Positions 60,406-64,000 of a stretch of 64,000 nt of DNA are shown here, in pieces. Numbering within the stretch: the first letter of the stretch is position 1; each line of letters begins with the position of its first letter. The notes below the pieces were generated by a model. The model searched no databases, was not told where the DNA came from, and saw nothing but the letters and a program-made list of their open reading frames with translations. The translations under genes were made by a program, and so were the position numbers. Origin of the DNA: Setoptus koraiensis (lineage: Eukaryota; Animalia; Arthropoda); the NCBI GenBank assembly GCA_048013815.1, contig CM106585.1, forward strand, positions 11,780,001 through 11,844,000, written 5' to 3'.

Positions 60406-63329
60406 GCGCACCAAGACGCGCCAAGATGCAGCGAGGGGAAGCGGCGCGTCAACGGGGCCCCAAAAATAACACAGCAGACAGCAGCCAGCACGAGCGACGC
60501 GCGCGTCACGCGAAATCAACAAAAGACAAAATCTGACAGGTGATGCGTAATGGAGTCCCGCTATTGCTTTTATCCGCCAGTGTCGTGGCGCTTGTTCTTG
60601 CGAGCTCCTTTATCCGCTCGTGACGAACCGTCACGAGCGAAACAACAAACAACCGCTCGCTTGTTTGCTCACCCGGCCGCTCGCCCCCGTTCACGCTCCA
60701 ACTAACCAAGACGCACCAATATTTACCTATCTCGGCCCATCTCTGGCTGCCTCGCGCCGCCTCGTCGTGTGCTCGTTCCTCTGTTTCGGGCCCCTCCGGT
60801 GACTTGAGTCTGGTTGGCTCCTGTCGGGCCCGCTTGGCTGCGCTCTGTGCCGCCAGTGGGCCGGCGAAACGGGCCGGCGCCAACGGGTTCATTAGGTTGA
60901 CCTCATTTGCATCGGCTCACCGGGCGCGCTGCTTCGCCGCCAGTGACGCGCGCGGGCACAGTGTGGCGGCGCGTCTCGCAAGCCATCCAGCTCAGCCCGC
61001 CGCCATACCCGCCATACGTACCCCAGGGGTAGCCGATGATGAAAAATAGCGAAAAAAGTAGCGGCGGTGGCGCAAAAAATTTAATCAAGCCATCGGAGCC
61101 GTTCGTTGGGCGCCCAATTGGCGGCCCACGGTGGGCGAAATTAAACTCTCGGCTCACTTTCGGATAACCAGCCGGCTGGCCACGCTGGATGGCGGCGTTA
61201 ACCGAAAGTGGCCGACGCGAGCAGTTCGATTGGGGCCCCGACGCGAGCAGTTCGATTGGGGCCCGACGCGAGCAGTTCGGCGGCTGCTCGCCGCACTGGC
61301 GCTCGTCGCCCGCGTGCCACAGGAAATAATTATCGGCGACTCGCACTTGCCCCAGCAACTGGGCCGCAGCTATTGGGGCCCGCTTACTGGAGCCCGGCTA
61401 CTGGGGCCCGTGTTTGTTTTGCGCGCCAGTTGGGCACCTATGCGTCGTGTGCATGATACACTCGCCAGCAGTGATGTAACATGAAAAGTTTACATAATGA
61501 TAATTTACACACACACACACTGGCTATATTACGGCGCTGCAACAACAACAACAACAACAACAACAGCAAACTCATTTGGCCAAGACAAACATTCATTTGG
61601 GGATACAAACAAGGCAACACAAACAACTTTTGCATTTTTTGCTCGTTGCCTAGCGGTTGTTGCGTCATGTCGTGTGTCATTTATCTCTGTCTCGCTCGTG
61701 CTGGCCAGTCGCCGTGTGAGGGCGCTCGCCAATGAGCACAACTGAGCCAACTGACTGAAACTAAACTGCTTGTCTGGCCAACAAAACCCAGCCAGCTCAT
61801 AACGTTTTGTTGGCTCATAACGCTCAGTTGTCATGACTGAATTGTCTGGCACTGAATGGGGCCGAATGGGGCCGCTCGGGCGCGGGCCCGCGTTTAACCG
61901 CATTATAGCGGTATGTGCTGGCGCATTATGGCGTGCTGGCACCGCACATACAAACAGAGACAGACAGACAATCGCGTAGTGGCCACATCGAGTCGCGCGA
62001 GTTGCTAATTTGCATAAATCGCGTGCAACTTGCACGACTTGCAGCACCGCCAGCGCCAGCAGCTGAAGCTGCCCGTCGGCCCGACAGCCGCAACCGGCCT
62101 GCGACTTCCGTAACGCAATTACGGCGCCACTAATGAACTATATAATATCCTCGGATATGTGCGCGCCGGCACTGGTTGTGTTGTTATTATTTTTATTGTG
62201 TGTTTGTGTGTCATTTGCTTGATTGTTTGTCGCTCACGTGCCCGTCGCGCCAACCTCGCCACACTTGTGTCCACGCACCCCGCACGGGCACGTACCCTGG
62301 GCGTCACGCACCCTGGGCGCCGGCGGAAAGTGGCGAAATTGGGCACGTTATTGAGTGCGCTAACAACTTGTTGTTGCGACTTGCGGCGCACGGACGCCGA
62401 CTTGCGGCTCGCCGGCGGCCCAATCGCTCAGCGGCCCGTTCGGGCATCAGGGGCCCGCGCTCTTATCGCACATCCGCACATGGCCTGGCCCGGCGGGGGC
62501 GGCCCGAGTCGCCTGTCCACCGAGGGCTGCATCTCCCGAGCAGTATCTCCCAAACGGTGCCTCGCAAATGGCATCTCCCAAACGGTATCTCCCAAACAGT
62601 ATCTCCATAATAGCGCTCGGCCAGACACCATTGTGTCGGGGTCGCCATATACGTGCATATGGGCACATATTCGGCCCTGCGCCGAATATAAGCCCGGGCG
62701 CGTCGGCGTCTGTCGGCCTATCGCTGCCGCGAAAATGGATCGGCGATGCGATGGGGGCCCCATTTCCATGGACCGATAATAAGCGGCGTCGCTTGCAGCC
62801 AACACGGTGGCTGAATAACATTAGCATGAAATTGAGCAACACACTCAAAAAGGGCGCAGGCTGACCTGGTGGCGCGCGTGAAACGCTGGGGCCCCGCCGC
62901 TCACCGATGCCAAGCGGCGCCAGACGGTGAATGGGGCCCCGCTTGGCATCGGTGAGCGGCGGGGCCCCAGCGAAAAAAGCCAATTGCCGAAAAAAGCACC
63001 CACTGCTAAAGTTGCACTGACTGGTAGGCGCAATTTAGATAGATGGCGCCCAACAGGCCGGCCCCCACATTGAGGGCACATTGCAAGGGGCCGGCCTATC
63101 GGGCCCACTGGCTGGCTGGCTGGCTGGCAGGAAGTTTATCGGCAGTTTATTATTATGCGACAAATATACACAGATTTACATTGCGACGACTGGCGTTGTG
63201 TTGCAGAGCGAGGGGGAGAGAGAGAGAGAAAAACATTATGGCGTATTGCATAATAATCAGGTTCGGGTGGCAGCCGGCTCTTGCTTGGGTCGCGCGCATT
63301 AGCTTGTCGGTTTGAGTCGCTATGCTAAT

Positions 63330-63658
63330 GACGACGACGACGACGACGAGAACGTCGGCACCGAACAACACCAACAACGGCGACAACAACGCCAGCAACA
63401 ACAGCAACAACAGCAACAACGCCAGCAACAACAGCAACAACAACAACAACAACAACGACGACGACACCAACAACAACATGGAAATGAGCCCGGCGCCGGC
63501 GAGAATACCAATGTCGTCGTCGGCGTTGCCGTCGATTAATGTTGCCATTGCTGGTGCCGCCGCCGCCGTTGTAGTTGTTGTCGTTGTTGTTGTTGTTGTC
63601 GTTGTTGTTGTTGTTGCTGTTGTTGCTGCTGTTGCGTTGGTGGTTGCCGTTGTTGTTG
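63330..63658. repeat. Oppositely oriented (CAA)n-type and (TTG)n-type microsatellites ~90 nt apart
   Basis: CAA-type at 63364-63478, TTG-type at 63568-63658. Confidence 0.9.
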
Positions 63659-64000
63659 CATAATAAATCCGAAGTGGCGCCATTGCACACGCCATTGCAG
63701 GATATTATGATGATATGCAAGAAATAGCGAGAGAGCGAGAGAGAGAGAGGGAGCGAGCGGGGAGAACGAGATGCCGCTCATGAATGATTCTTGAATTTAT
63801 TAGCCACCAGCAACCTTGATAAGGATGATGATGATGATGGCAGCGGCGCGAGCAAGCCCGAGAGTTTAGCAAGCCCAGTGTTGTTCGGGGCCGCCGTTAG
63901 CTGCTTATTTATATCCGTCAGTCGCTCAATGGACACCGTTGCGAGCACATCTCTGGCTCGCCGTGCCACTAGTAGCAACACTTGTTCTTTGTTTTTCCAT

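Noticed and set aside
14100-63720. Hundreds of 60-290-aa ORFs rich in R/A/P/G or polyQ/T/N/C/L/V
   Set aside because: They overlap in all six frames and are explained by high GC content and stop-free trinucleotide repeats. None has a recognisable domain.
1-64000. tRNA, rRNA, snRNA or conserved miRNA genes
   Set aside because: I recognised no cloverleaf with A/B boxes, rRNA segment or known mature miRNA sequence by eye. An Infernal/tRNAscan search would be needed to exclude them fully.

Overview
Eukaryotic (animal, most likely arthropod) genomic DNA. It is GC- and CpG-rich and saturated with micro- and minisatellites. Only one protein-coding gene can be supported: a class III POU-domain transcription factor (vvl/drifter, POU3F ortholog) on the + strand. 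It has two coding exons (9132-11280 and 11450-13527), a 169-nt GT-AG phase-1 intron just before the POU domain, and a predicted product of 1408 aa with very large Q/H/A/N/S-rich disordered arms. The ~9 kb upstream and ~50 kb downstream contain no recognisable gene, RNA gene, transposon or CRISPR array and look like the gene's cis-regulatory landscape. Nearly all other listed ORFs are artefacts of GC-rich repeats. The most unusual signals are: (i) two ~150-bp arrays of helically phased T-tracts (22950-23100, 47950-48110); (ii) strong over-representation of TCACCTG/CAGGTGA, including perfect palindromic cassettes; (iii) tandem repeats whose unit is a canonical TF site (CRE-like, AP-1, CCAAT, Runt, PAR-bZIP, E-box); (iv) dispersed POU octamers and IR-1 nuclear-receptor palindromes; (v) perfect hairpins and fold-back CAA/TTG microsatellite pairs; (vi) a Vvl whose long C-terminal tail is encoded without the readthrough stop used in Drosophila. 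Motif counts are hand counts (minimum values). Expected counts are rough zero-order estimates assuming ~55% GC. All functional interpretations of non-coding DNA are hypotheses.
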